From assembly GCA_023245955.1 (NCBI GenBank), contig JAHFJI010000002.1, positions 1 through 51,429 of the forward strand: a stretch of DNA of 51,429 nucleotides. The letters are read 5' to 3'. Position numbers and translations under genes: made by a program. The stretch comes from Candidatus Doudnabacteria bacterium. Its GTDB lineage: Bacteria; Patescibacteriota; Doudnabacteria; UBA920. Positions 28,112-37,602 of the stretch are shown piece by piece (within the stretch, counting starts at the first letter, position 1; each line of letters starts with the position of its first letter). The notes below the pieces were generated by a model, which worked only from the letters and a program-made list of their open reading frames with translations, was not told where the DNA came from and did no database searches.

Positions 28112-29371
28112 ATGGAAAACACAAAGCCGCTAGCAGCAAAACTCAGACCGCAAACGTTAGAGAAGTACATAGGACAGGAACACCTTGTTGGTCCGGGTAA
28201 GCCCTTGAGAGTGGCCATAGAACAAAAGCATTTGTTTAGTTTTATTTTATGGGGACCACCGGGAGTAGGGAAGACTACACTTGCAAGAATTTATGCGCAG
28301 GCTTTAGGGGTAGACTTTTACGAGCTGTCCGCTGTTAGTGCAGGAAAAGAGGATATTCGTAAAATTATAAGCAGTAGTGTCATGCCGGGCTCCGACCCGG
28401 CATCCAGAACCACCGATAACCTGGATTCCGGCTCGCGCAAAACCTTGGCCGGAATGACAGAGAGGGGCAAGATTCTTTTTCTAGATGAGATACACCGGTT
28501 CAACAAAGCCCAGCAGGACTTTCTGTTGCCTTATGTGGAGAGTGGAGCACTGACGCTTATTGGCGCTACTACCGAGAATCCGAGTTTTGAAGTTATACCC
28601 GCACTGCTTTCTCGCTGCCGGGTCTTTACGCTCAAAGAGCTCACCACCGACCAAATGCGCGAAGTTATTACTCACACTCTCGCCGTCATTGCTAGGAGCA
28701 AGTCTTCGAACGACGTGGCAATCTCACCTGAGGCCGTAGACTGGTTAGTAGGCATGGCAAACGGCGACGCCCGCCAAGCCATTACCATGCTAGACAATAC
28801 TTTTAAGCTCTACGGCAAAATTACCCTAGAAACCTTAAAAGAAACCCTGCAGTCCAAAGCCATCCGGTACGACAAGGCGGGGGAGGAGCATTACAATACC
28901 ATTTCTGCATTCATAAAGAGCATGCGTGCAAGCCAAGCAGACGCAGCCATGTACTACCTAGCTCGCATGGTAGAAGCAGGGGAAGACCCGTTGTTTATTG
29001 CCCGTCGCATGGTTATATTTGCAAGCGAAGACATAGGCTTAGCCCAGCCCACAGCGCTAGTCGTAGCTAACGCGGTATTTCAAGCCTGCCAAAGCATTGG
29101 CTATCCCGAATGCGCCATTAACCTCGCTCATGGCGTTGCCTACTTAGCACAGTGTAAAAAAGATAGATCTGCCTACGATGCCCTTCGCGCCGTCCAAGTA
29201 GATGTTCGGACCCATGGTAATCTGCCAATTCCCATGAGCATACGAAATGCACCCACTAAACTCATGAAAGATATTGGTTACGGCAAAGGATACGAAATGT
29301 ACACAGACGAAACCTACCTGCCAGAAGAACTGAAAAATAAGAAGTATTTTAATAGCAGTCAAAACCCATAA
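28112..29371 (+). CDS. rarA: replication-associated recombination protein A (RarA/MgsA AAA+ ATPase)
   Basis: LWGPPGVGKTT, ILFLDEIHRFNKAQQD, LIGATTENPSFE, NGDARQA and the C-terminal MgsA motif YDKAGEEHYN. Confidence 0.9.
   Translation: MENTKPLAAKLRPQTLEKYIGQEHLVGPGKPLRVAIEQKHLFSFILWGPPGVGKTTLARIYAQALGVDFYELSAVSAGKEDIRKIISSSVMPGSDPASRTTDNLDSGSRKTLAGMTERGKILFLDEIHRFNKAQQDFLLPYVESGALTLIGATTENPSFEVIPALLSRCRVFTLKELTTDQMREVITHTLAVIARSKSSNDVAISPEAVDWLVGMANGDARQAITMLDNTFKLYGKITLETLKETLQSKAIRYDKAGEEHYNTISAFIKSMRASQADAAMYYLARMVEAGEDPLFIARRMVIFASEDIGLAQPTALVVANAVFQACQSIGYPECAINLAHGVAYLAQCKKDRSAYDALRAVQVDVRTHGNLPIPMSIRNAPTKLMKDIGYGKGYEMYTDETYLPEELKNKKYFNSSQNP
28379..28459. repeat. family A repeat read through in frame inside rarA (81 nt = 27 codons)
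   Basis: gtcatgccgggctccgacccggcatcc...ctggattccggctcgcgc...ggccggaatgaca is translated VMPGSDPASRTTDNLDSGSRKTLAGMT. It sits between the Walker A and Walker B regions. Confidence 0.8.
28685..28724. repeat. family B repeat arm inside rarA coding sequence
   Basis: gtcattgctaggagcaagtcttcgaacgacgtggcaatct matches the intergenic copy at 16765-16804 at 36 of 40 positions. It is translated VIARSKSSNDVAI. Confidence 0.8.
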
Positions 29372-29492
29372 ACACCTACTAGACAAAGAAGGTAAATCGG
29401 TGTATATCTAGGGCAGTGTTGGGGTGTCCAACACTCACTTTCTTGGCCAGGCTAAAGTGTCTGGTTGTGTCAGAAAGAGGAGGAATTGAACA

Positions 29493-29618
29493 ATGCAAGG
29501 ATTATTCCCAGAGAACCAGAAACCAGAAGAAAAAACAACCTCAATTTGGACGTACGCTTTGGGGTTAGCCGGATTAGTGGCTGTATGTGCAATAGCCTAC
29601 TACTTTTGGCCACTCTGA
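29493..29618 (+). CDS. candidate 41-aa membrane micro-protein
   Basis: Strong RBS AGAGGAGGA. Product MQGLFPENQKPEEKTTSIWTYALGLAGLVAVCAIAYYFWPL has one TM segment. The hairpin ggcgcgt..acgcgcc lies downstream. Confidence 0.4.
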   Translation: MQGLFPENQKPEEKTTSIWTYALGLAGLVAVCAIAYYFWPL

Positions 29619-29696
29619 GCATTCAATTTCACGTTAGGCGCGTGGCAGTATATCAGTTATATGATTACAGCTACGCGCCGTTCATTATTTTAAAAA

Positions 29697-29725
29697 CTGG
29701 ATTCCGGCTCGGGGGCCGGAATGAC
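29697..29725. repeat. family A repeat, single arm
   Basis: ctggattccggctcgggggccggaatgac. Confidence 0.7.
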
Positions 29726-29789
29726 AAGATTAAAGATTACATATCTAATATTTTTACAGGTTTTAGTCTTATTTATAAGCAAAACGTGA

Positions 29790-29819
29790 TTGACGGGAGG
29801 GGGTCTTGCGTGGTAAAAT
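29790..29819 (+). promoter_or_regulatory. candidate promoter of rplA
   Basis: TTGACG, 18 nt spacer, TGGTAAAAT. It predicts a leader of about 90 nt containing the hairpins tccgcc-aaa-ggcgga and caccc-aaa-gggtg. Confidence 0.4.
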
Positions 29820-29914
29820 ATTGTTAATTAATTTGTGGGACCCTGAGCGTAGCCTGAGGGGATTGCACCACGTCCGCCAAAGGCGGATCACCCAAAGGGT
29901 GAAAAGTACAATAT

Positions 29915-30595
29915 ATGAAACAGTCCAAGAGAGTAAGTGCAAACAATGCACAAGTAGATAGCTCTAGAGCCTATAGTTTGGAAGAGGCAATTGCTCTAGC
30001 CAAGACTACAGCCAATACCAAGTTTGTAGGTTCTCTGGAAATGCACATTCGCACGAACATAGATGCTAAGAAAACTGATCAGGCCATTCGTGGTTCTGCC
30101 ACCCTACCACACGGTACCGGAAAGCAGAAGCGCATTGCTGCCTTTGTAACAGACGCCAAAGTAGCAGAAGCCAAGGATGCCGGTGCAACCCTAGTGGGTG
30201 GTGAAGAACTTATTAAGCAAATCAAGGAAACTGAGAAAACAGACTTTGACATTGCCGTAGCAGAACCGGCTCTCATGCCTAAGCTTGCTCAGGTTGCCAA
30301 AATCTTGGGTACTCGTGGCCTCATGCCAAACCCAAAAACCGGTACAGTATCAGAGAATATTGCTAGCATGATAAAAGAAATTTCTGGCGGTCGCGTGACT
30401 TTTAAGAATGATGACTCGGGTATTATCCACCAAATATTTGGCAAGACAAGCTTTGAACTAGCTCAGTTGTTAGAGAACGCGCAAACTTTTATGTCTGCAG
30501 TACAGGCCGCTAAAGCTTCTGCGTTTAAAGGCACATACCTGGCTTCCATAACCATAAACTCTTCTATGGGCCCAGGCATTAGAGTAAAAATTTAA
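29915..30595 (+). CDS. rplA: 50S ribosomal protein L1
   Basis: Typical uL1 sequence (GTGKQKRIAAF...GATLVGGEELI...MPKLAQVAKILGTRGLMPNPKTGTV). Confidence 0.95.
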   Translation: MKQSKRVSANNAQVDSSRAYSLEEAIALAKTTANTKFVGSLEMHIRTNIDAKKTDQAIRGSATLPHGTGKQKRIAAFVTDAKVAEAKDAGATLVGGEELIKQIKETEKTDFDIAVAEPALMPKLAQVAKILGTRGLMPNPKTGTVSENIASMIKEISGGRVTFKNDDSGIIHQIFGKTSFELAQLLENAQTFMSAVQAAKASAFKGTYLASITINSSMGPGIRVKI

Positions 30596-30608
30596 ATTTA
30601 TTTTTTCT

Positions 30609-30633
30609 GCCCCCGCATTTTGCGGGGGCTTTT
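30609..30633 (+). terminator. rho-independent terminator after rplA
   Basis: gcccccgca-ttt-tgcgggggc followed by tttt. Confidence 0.8.
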
Positions 30634-30655
30634 GTATAATAGCAATCTCCGCCTT

Positions 30656-30789
30656 GTCATCCCGGAATTTTTAGCTTGGGAAAAATATCCGGGATCCAGA
30701 TTTTAAAAGACTAGATTCCAGATAATTGCCTGAGAACTGGTAATTTCTCTTCGAGTCCGAGCTACTTCAGAGTCGAGGACCGAAATGAC
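30656..30789. repeat. MITE-like repeat family A (long copy)
   Basis: gtcatcccggaat...ccgggatccagat...ctagattccagat...cgaaatgac. Confidence 0.7.
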
Positions 30790-30835
30790 AGAGTGGGTTA
30801 AATATGTTAGCATTATATATAATAATCTCTTATTT

Positions 30836-31387
30836 ATGAGCTTAATTATAGGGTTAATAGGCCAAAAACTAAGTGGCAAAGACACGGTTGCCAACTACTT
30901 GGTAAACAGGTACGGCGCTGTATCTATCGCATCAAGCCAATTATTAGACGAGACACTACAAGTACTAGGATTACCAAAAAGCAGAGAGAACGAAACCAGC
31001 CTTGCAGTCGCTCTCAGAACTGCCTTCGGAGAAAACATACTTAACTCAGCTAACTTAAACAGACTAAGAAATATCAACCCGAAGATTGGTTTGGTTAATG
31101 GTATCAGACGTCCACAAGAGCTTATCCAGTCCAAGCAAGAGCACGTCCGAACTATCTATATCTCTGCTCCGGCGGAGGCTAGGTACGAGCGTTATAAATT
31201 TAGACAAGAAAAAAAAGATGATGGAGTATTAAGCTTTGAAGATTTTTTACGTCAAGATACAGAATCACCAACAGAAAAAGATATAGTAACAATAGGGGAA
31301 CAAGCAGAGTTTATGATAAATAATGCTTCCGACCTACAGACTCTCTACACAGAAATAGACCGCATCATTGAACAATTACTCGCATAA
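30836..31387 (+). CDS. P-loop nucleoside/nucleotide kinase-superfamily protein
   Basis: The ORF-track start at 30785 lies in the repeat terminus aATGAC. I prefer the ATG at 30836, which gives MSLIIGLIGQKLSGKDT (a P-loop at the N-terminus). Confidence 0.5.
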   Translation: MSLIIGLIGQKLSGKDTVANYLVNRYGAVSIASSQLLDETLQVLGLPKSRENETSLAVALRTAFGENILNSANLNRLRNINPKIGLVNGIRRPQELIQSKQEHVRTIYISAPAEARYERYKFRQEKKDDGVLSFEDFLRQDTESPTEKDIVTIGEQAEFMINNASDLQTLYTEIDRIIEQLLA

Positions 31388-31391
31388 AACT

Positions 31392-32072
31392 ATGTCTTGG
31401 TTTAAAACTACAAATAACTCCGCTAGTAAGCAAGGAGTAATTATAGCTCTAGAAAGTATTTCTGGAGATGTACTCACCACCCAACTAAATGAGTTAGAAG
31501 CAGAATTAGTTGCTACGGGTCTAACCGTAAAGCACATGGAGTTTCCAAGCCCACGTTCCAAGCTCCACATACCAGCAGTATTTGAAACACCTGGGCTATT
31601 AGAAGCACCAGAAGCTATTGCTATTACTTCTTGCTTAGACAGAATAGTTGGCCTTGCAAGTACTATAAAAACTCAGCTAGAATCGGAAGTTATTTTACTA
31701 ACTGGTAGCCCTCTCTCCACAGCTGCTTGGCTAGCCACACTAGTCCCTGAGTACACTGAACGCATTATGCTTTATAAATGGCTAGATGAACTAGAGCATA
31801 AAGTGTTTGCACAAAAAAGAATAGATCTTACCATATTACTAGATCACGACCCTAAATATATAGACTTAGCCGACGCCGTCATTCCACCTGCGGGCTGGGA
31901 AAATAGACCGGCTCCAGAGATTGAACTCCTAAGGAGGTCTTACTTAGAAGCTGGCAAGCTTTTGCCAAATACCAAGATTATTGGCTGTGAGAAATCTGGT
32001 CTGCTAAAACCAGATACAGATGTGCATAATGAGATATGGAATCTAGTCAGGCGCATTGCCCTAAAGAAATAA
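31392..32072 (+). CDS. thymidylate-kinase-like protein with a degenerate P-loop
   Basis: GVIIALESISGDVLTT occupies the position where Tmk has G.FI..EG.DG.GK.T, and the P-loop lysine is absent. I prefer the ATG at 31392 to the TTG at 31368. Confidence 0.35.
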   Translation: MSWFKTTNNSASKQGVIIALESISGDVLTTQLNELEAELVATGLTVKHMEFPSPRSKLHIPAVFETPGLLEAPEAIAITSCLDRIVGLASTIKTQLESEVILLTGSPLSTAAWLATLVPEYTERIMLYKWLDELEHKVFAQKRIDLTILLDHDPKYIDLADAVIPPAGWENRPAPEIELLRRSYLEAGKLLPNTKIIGCEKSGLLKPDTDVHNEIWNLVRRIALKK

Positions 32073-32085
32073 TTTAGCTATTACC

Positions 32086-33192
32086 ATGGAAAGCATAAGC
32101 ATAAAACAAAAGCTAATAGAGCTAAGAGATAAGCTAGGCAATATCTTACCGCTCATAAAAATACCAGATAAGAAGCAAGAGCTGGTAACTCTAGAAACAC
32201 GTATGCAAGAAGCGAACTTCTGGCAAAATGTGGAAACCGCGCAGGCAGTCTCGCAACGTCATGCGATAGTTTCTAGCCTGGTCGCATTTTGGGAAGGCTT
32301 TGACTCAGAACTAGCAGAACTGGAAAAGCTAGTAGAATCCAATACAGATGAGGGTACCGAGACGCTAGAATTCTTAAACTCACAAGCGGAAAAACTCGAA
32401 AAAGAGTTTGCAGAACATAAATCCAGCGCACTATTTTCTGATGACTACGATGACCACTCCGCAGTATTAGCCATACATGCTGGTGCAGGCGGTACCGATG
32501 CGCAGGACTGGGCAGAAATGCTACTGCGTATGTACTTACGCTATGCGGAGAACAAAGGTTTTAAGGTAGATATTATTGAGAAACACAACGGAAGCGAAGC
32601 CGGGATAAAATCTGCACTACTAGAAGTGTCCGCACCATTTGCCTTTGGTCACTTAAAAAGCGAAGCTGGAGTTCACAGATTAGTAAGGCTCAGTCCCTAC
32701 AACCCAAGTCATACCCGCGAAACTAGTTTTGCTCTAGTAGAAGTATTACCAGAACTAGCAGAAGCAGAAACAATTGAGCTGGATCCTAAAGACTTAGATA
32801 TAGAGGCTAAAACAGCCTCCGGACACGGAGGCCAAAGCGTAAATACTACATACTCCGCTATACGCATTACCCACATCCCAACAGGACTTAAAGTAAGTAT
32901 ACAAAATGAACGTAGCCAACACCAAAATAAAGCCCTGGCTATGAAAATCTTGTCTGCCAAGGTACAAGCCCAAGCGGAGGAAAGAAAGCTAGAGGAAAAG
33001 AAAAACTTAAGAGGGGAGTTTAAGTCAGCAGAATGGGGTAACCAGATTCGTAGTTACGTGTTGCATCCTTATAAGTTGGTAAAAGACCACAGGACGGGTT
33101 GTGAATCCACCGATCCGGAATCGGTACTAGATGGCAAACTAGACGAGTTTGTAGAGAAATATTTGGAAAAGAATATCAATTTAATAATTTAA
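32086..33192 (+). CDS. prfB: peptide chain release factor 2 (uninterrupted ORF)
   Basis: GGQ motif (SGHGGQSVN) and an SPF-type tripeptide region (LSPYNPSHTRETSFA). Confidence 0.9.
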   Translation: MESISIKQKLIELRDKLGNILPLIKIPDKKQELVTLETRMQEANFWQNVETAQAVSQRHAIVSSLVAFWEGFDSELAELEKLVESNTDEGTETLEFLNSQAEKLEKEFAEHKSSALFSDDYDDHSAVLAIHAGAGGTDAQDWAEMLLRMYLRYAENKGFKVDIIEKHNGSEAGIKSALLEVSAPFAFGHLKSEAGVHRLVRLSPYNPSHTRETSFALVEVLPELAEAETIELDPKDLDIEAKTASGHGGQSVNTTYSAIRITHIPTGLKVSIQNERSQHQNKALAMKILSAKVQAQAEERKLEEKKNLRGEFKSAEWGNQIRSYVLHPYKLVKDHRTGCESTDPESVLDGKLDEFVEKYLEKNINLII

Positions 33193-33282
33193 CAATGTAG
33201 CGATTAAACATAAATACGTATTTTGTGTTAAATTGCTTACCTGTTTAATTGTTAAATTGATAACATGTTATACTAACTGGGT

Positions 33283-33960
33283 ATGATAAGATTTGAAAAT
33301 GTAATTAAATATTTTGGTAATACCAAGGCACTCTCGGCCATAGATTTAGAAATAAAGCATGGGGAGTTTATTTCTATTGTGGGACTGTCTGGAGCAGGTA
33401 AGTCTACGTTACTTAAGCTGGTTACAGGCGAAGAGCGGGCAGATGAAGGTCGTGTGCTTATTGATGATATAGACATCGCCAAAGTCAAAGTAAGCGACCT
33501 GCCTTACCTCCGCCGAAAGATTGGCATGGTATTTCAGGATATAAAACTTTTACCCAAACGTACCGCATTTGAAAACGTTGCTTTTGCTATGGAAGTAAGT
33601 GGCCACAAGCGTGATAGAATAGAAAAAGAAGTACCAAAGATATTGGAGCTGGTTGGACTACTCCATAAAAAACACAATTTCCCCAACGAGATGTCCGGAG
33701 GTGAAAGACAGCGCATAGCCATAGCCAGGAGCCTAGCCCACAGGCCAGCACTACTCATGGCAGATGAGCCAACTGGTAACTTAGACGAGGTAAATGCCGC
33801 TGAGGTACTAGATCTGCTCCTCAAGATAAACAAGCTTGGTACCACAGTTATACTAGCCACTCATGCCTCTGACCTGGTAAACAAAATAAAGAAACGTGTT
33901 ATCACCATAGAAGGTGGCAGGGTGGTACTAGAGCAGGAGAGAGGAAGATATAAACTTTAA
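33283..33960 (+). CDS. ftsE: cell division ATP-binding protein FtsE
   Basis: GLSGAGKST, SGGERQR and LMADEPTGNLD. It is followed by ftsX. Confidence 0.9.
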   Translation: MIRFENVIKYFGNTKALSAIDLEIKHGEFISIVGLSGAGKSTLLKLVTGEERADEGRVLIDDIDIAKVKVSDLPYLRRKIGMVFQDIKLLPKRTAFENVAFAMEVSGHKRDRIEKEVPKILELVGLLHKKHNFPNEMSGGERQRIAIARSLAHRPALLMADEPTGNLDEVNAAEVLDLLLKINKLGTTVILATHASDLVNKIKKRVITIEGGRVVLEQERGRYKL

Positions 33961-34048
33961 ATAATTTCAAATTGTAGATTGCAAATTGAAAATTGAAAGC
34001 CCAAGACCGTTAGTATTTAAATCTGCAATCTAAAATCTACAATTTTCT

Positions 34049-34975
34049 ATGTTTGATTCACTGACCATATTTAGAATAGTTAAGACTGGATTCGTCAATT
34101 ATTGGCGAAATATTTGGCTTTCGGCGGCCGCCACCATGGTTATGACTATAACCTTAGTTATTTTTAGTATTCTCGCTATAGTCTTTGGCATAACTCAATT
34201 TTCTATTAACCAGGTCACTGATAGAGTAGATGTAAGTGTATACTTTAAGCCTGGTACAGCTGAAGGAGTTATAGAACAGTTCGCAAGTGATCTAAAAAAG
34301 AAACCGGAGGTCTCGGCCGTTACCTATACTTCAGCCGAAGATGCCCTGGCTGCCTTTAAAGCCACGCATGCTCAAGATCAACTCATTTTAGACTCACTTG
34401 ATGAACTTTCAGATAACCCGTTGCCTGCAACCGTCCAAGTAAAAGCCGATAAAATAGAGGACTATCCGCATATCGCCGAAGGCATCCAAAATGGTGGATA
34501 CAAAGAGCATATTAGCAAAGTAAATTTTGAAGATAACCGCCTGCTCATAGAGCGATTTGGCAAAGCCTCCAAACTTATAGTGGTCGGTGGCTCAGTCTTA
34601 GTAGCTATTTTCTCCATTATCGCCATACTGGTTATATTTAATACCATTACGCTTACCATATATAATCGCAAAGAAGAAGTAGAAATTATGCGGCTTGTAG
34701 GTGCGACCAACTGGTATATTCGCGGACCTTTTATAATAGAGTCCCTACTCTACTCCGTAGTAGCCACCATAATTACCTCAGCTTTAGTGCTAGCGCTAGT
34801 ATCCAAACTCCAGAGTTCTTCTCTAAGTTATATAAGCGGGACTGGAGAGGGAAACCTACCATTATTTTATCCCTATGGGCAGTGGACATACACGATACCA
34901 GCACTACTCCTAATAGCTATACTCCTAAGCGTGGCATCTAGTATGCTGGCTATACGTAAATATCTAAAGATTTAA
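34049..34975 (+). CDS. ftsX: cell division permease FtsX
   Basis: Four-TM FtsX topology with an extracytoplasmic loop and motif EIMRLVGAT. Confidence 0.85.
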   Translation: MFDSLTIFRIVKTGFVNYWRNIWLSAAATMVMTITLVIFSILAIVFGITQFSINQVTDRVDVSVYFKPGTAEGVIEQFASDLKKKPEVSAVTYTSAEDALAAFKATHAQDQLILDSLDELSDNPLPATVQVKADKIEDYPHIAEGIQNGGYKEHISKVNFEDNRLLIERFGKASKLIVVGGSVLVAIFSIIAILVIFNTITLTIYNRKEEVEIMRLVGATNWYIRGPFIIESLLYSVVATIITSALVLALVSKLQSSSLSYISGTGEGNLPLFYPYGQWTYTIPALLLIAILLSVASSMLAIRKYLKI

Positions 34976-34979
34976 CCAC

Positions 34980-35426
34980 ATGAAAGTTTTATTTATTAAA
35001 GACCTCGCCGGTCAAGGCAGAAAAGGGGAGTTAAAGGAAGTAGCCGACGGTTACGGTCTAAATTTTCTTGTCAAACAAGGATTCGCTGTGGTCGCAACTA
35101 GTAACGTACAACTTCACAAAGCGCACTCCGAAGAAGCTCTGAAAAAAGAAACAGAAAAAACTAAAAAACAAGCTTTAGTAATGAAAACAGAATTAGAAAA
35201 ACGCACATTCACTATAAAAAGCAAAATTGGCAATTCAGGCAAGCTTTTTGGCGCCATTAGAGAAAAAGATATAGCCGAAGTAATTCTTGATACATGCGCC
35301 TACTCAATAAACCCAAAATTCATCCATATTTCAGAGCCAATTAAAACCACTGGACCACACACAGCATCTGCTATATTACCAGCCAATATAACTACCACTA
35401 TTCATCTTCAAATTGAAGCAGCGTAA
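34980..35426 (+). CDS. rplI: 50S ribosomal protein L9
   Basis: [31 protein letters not shown]...[13 protein letters not shown]. Confidence 0.9.
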   Translation: MKVLFIKDLAGQGRKGELKEVADGYGLNFLVKQGFAVVATSNVQLHKAHSEEALKKETEKTKKQALVMKTELEKRTFTIKSKIGNSGKLFGAIREKDIAEVILDTCAYSINPKFIHISEPIKTTGPHTASAILPANITTTIHLQIEAA

Positions 35427-35465
35427 CCCGCTGCTTTGTCTTTTATTCAATAAACCTCATTTCTC

Positions 35466-37166
35466 ATGTCTTACCACGTACATGCCCGTAAGGCCAAAAA
35501 GTTAAACACCAAGTTTATATTTATTTCTGGAGGAGTTATATCCAGTGTTGGAAAGGGGATTACTGCATCCTCTCTTGCCACTTTACTCCAAGCCCGTGGA
35601 TATGTGGTCGCTCCAGTCAAATGCGATATGTACTTAAATGTAGATGCCGGAACCATACGACCACAAGAGCACGGCGAAGTATTTGTAATGGATGGTGGCA
35701 TGGAAACAGACCAAGACCTTGGAAATTACGAACGTTTTCTAGACGAAAGCTTGCCAGACATTAACTACGTGACCAATGGTCAAATTTATCAAAATATAAT
35801 CCAAAAAGAACGGAACTTTGAATTTGAGGGTGAGGACGTGGAAATTGTGCCACACGTGCCAGAGGAGATAATAGACAGGTTAGAAAAAGCAGCACAGGCA
35901 AGGAAAGCAGACTTTGTTATATGTGAAATTGGTGGAACTGTTGGGGAATATCAAAATATCTTGTTTATAGAAGCTAATCGTATTATGAAGTATCGTGACA
36001 ATCGGGAAACCCTTCACATCCATGTTGGATATTTGCCTACGCCACCATCTGTTGGAGAAATGAAGTCTAAACCAGTGCAAACATCTGTACGTCTATTAAA
36101 TGGTAGTGGTATACAGCCAGACTTTTTAGTCTGCCGTTCAGAAGGAGAAATGGATGATAGACGAAAGGCACTACTGGCCTGGATATGCAACATGCCGGCT
36201 ACTAATATAATTTCTGCTCCCAATGTAAACTCCATATACAGTGTTCCATTGTTATTTGATAAACAAAAACTACCAGAAAAGATTTTAGCTAAGTTCGGCC
36301 TCAAATCAAAGAAGAACGATATTACCAAGTGGAAAACTTTAGCTCATCGTATAGAGTCTATCCAAAAACAACCCACCGAAATGCGTATCGCAGTTGTAGG
36401 AAAATACTTCGAAACTGGCGCTTTTAAATTGGCTGATGTATACGTTTCTGTGGTAGAAGCCATCAAGCACGCTGCCATTAAAAGCAACGTAAAAATACAC
36501 CTGGAGTGGATATCTAGTTTGGAAGTAGAAAAACAAGGCACAGCTAAAGTACTAAAAGGTTACAGTGGTATTGTAGTTCCTGGTGGATTCGGTAGTAGGG
36601 GAACAGAGGGGATGATTGCCACCATACAGTACGCTAGAACAAAAGGCATACCTTATCTTGGATTGTGTTATGGTATGCAGATGGCCACCATTGAGTTTGC
36701 CAGACACGTGGCACGCCTTAAAGACGCCAACACCACAGAGATAGACACAGGTGTAAAGCATCCGGTTATCCATATTATGCCAGAACAGGAAAAGAAACTT
36801 CTAAAGCGAGAATATGGAGCTTCTATGCGACTAGGTGCTTGGGATTGTCAGATAATAAGGGGAACTAAAACCGAGAAAGCCTACCTAAAAGCTGGTTGGC
36901 TTAAGAAAGCAGGTAGAGCAACCATCTCCGAACGTCATAGACATAGATATGAATTTAATAACGACTATAGACAAAAACTAGAAAGTGCCGGTTTGATAAT
37001 AGCCGGAACGTCTCCAGATGGACGACTAGTAGAAATTGTGGAACTTCCTAACCACCCGTTCTTTGTTGGTACCCAGTTCCATCCAGAATTTAAATCTAGA
37101 CCCTTTAATCCTCATCCACTCTTCATTGAGTTTATCCAGACAGCTACAAGAACCCGCAAACGCTAA
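35466..37166 (+). CDS. pyrG: CTP synthase
   Basis: GGVISSVGKGITASS, the glutaminase motif GLCYGMQ and QFHPEF. Confidence 0.95.
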   Translation: MSYHVHARKAKKLNTKFIFISGGVISSVGKGITASSLATLLQARGYVVAPVKCDMYLNVDAGTIRPQEHGEVFVMDGGMETDQDLGNYERFLDESLPDINYVTNGQIYQNIIQKERNFEFEGEDVEIVPHVPEEIIDRLEKAAQARKADFVICEIGGTVGEYQNILFIEANRIMKYRDNRETLHIHVGYLPTPPSVGEMKSKPVQTSVRLLNGSGIQPDFLVCRSEGEMDDRRKALLAWICNMPATNIISAPNVNSIYSVPLLFDKQKLPEKILAKFGLKSKKNDITKWKTLAHRIESIQKQPTEMRIAVVGKYFETGAFKLADVYVSVVEAIKHAAIKSNVKIHLEWISSLEVEKQGTAKVLKGYSGIVVPGGFGSRGTEGMIATIQYARTKGIPYLGLCYGMQMATIEFARHVARLKDANTTEIDTGVKHPVIHIMPEQEKKLLKREYGASMRLGAWDCQIIRGTKTEKAYLKAGWLKKAGRATISERHRHRYEFNNDYRQKLESAGLIIAGTSPDGRLVEIVELPNHPFFVGTQFHPEFKSRPFNPHPLFIEFIQTATRTRKR

Positions 37167-37174
37167 TCCATATA

Positions 37175-37206
37175 AAAACACCTCTGCAACTAACAGAGGT
37201 GTTTTT
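37175..37206. terminator. bidirectional terminator between convergent pyrG and rpmA
   Basis: aaaaacacctctg-caacta-cagaggtgttttt. Confidence 0.8.
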
Positions 37207-37216
37207 ATATAGGTGA

Positions 37217-37507
37217 TTATTTTGTGGTAACAACAGGTTCAACGCTTATAAAGCGAGTCTTGCGAAGTCCACCATGGAACTTCTTAACTATCTTCTCTTT
37301 AAACTTTACGACACCGTCTATGAGCGCGTAGATGGTGGAGTCTCCACCAACCTGAGCGTTTTCTCCTGCGTGAAAAGGAGTCCCGTGTTGGCGAGCAATA
37401 ATCTCACCTTTCTTTACTCTCTGATTACCAAAAATTTTAATACCAAGCCTTTTAGAAACGGAATCTCGTCCAAGGGCGGTACTACCACCAGCTTTTTTAT
37501 GTGCCAT
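37217..37507 (-). CDS. rpmA: 50S ribosomal protein L27
   Basis: [24 protein letters not shown]...[10 protein letters not shown]. Confidence 0.95.
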   Translation of the reverse strand: MAHKKAGGSTALGRDSVSKRLGIKIFGNQRVKKGEIIARQHGTPFHAGENAQVGGDSTIYALIDGVVKFKEKIVKKFHGGLRKTRFISVEPVVTTK

Positions 37508-37602
37508 AAATACGAATGTGTACGATGCGAATCTGCGAATGGCACGAATCTACAAATATATTACGAAACTAAATTCGTCTTAATTCGTTGATTCGGATCG
37601 TG

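Noticed and set aside
29465-29827. 120-aa ORF from the track in the rarA-rplA spacer
   Set aside because: It runs across a terminator-like hairpin, a family A repeat arm and the candidate rplA promoter. It is out of frame with the well-supported 41-aa micro-ORF (29493-29618) that has the strong RBS. It is most likely a chance open frame.
32086-33192. Programmed +1 frameshift site expected in many prfB genes
   Set aside because: The RF2 reading frame is uninterrupted from ATG to stop. No in-frame TGA is present near the N-terminus.
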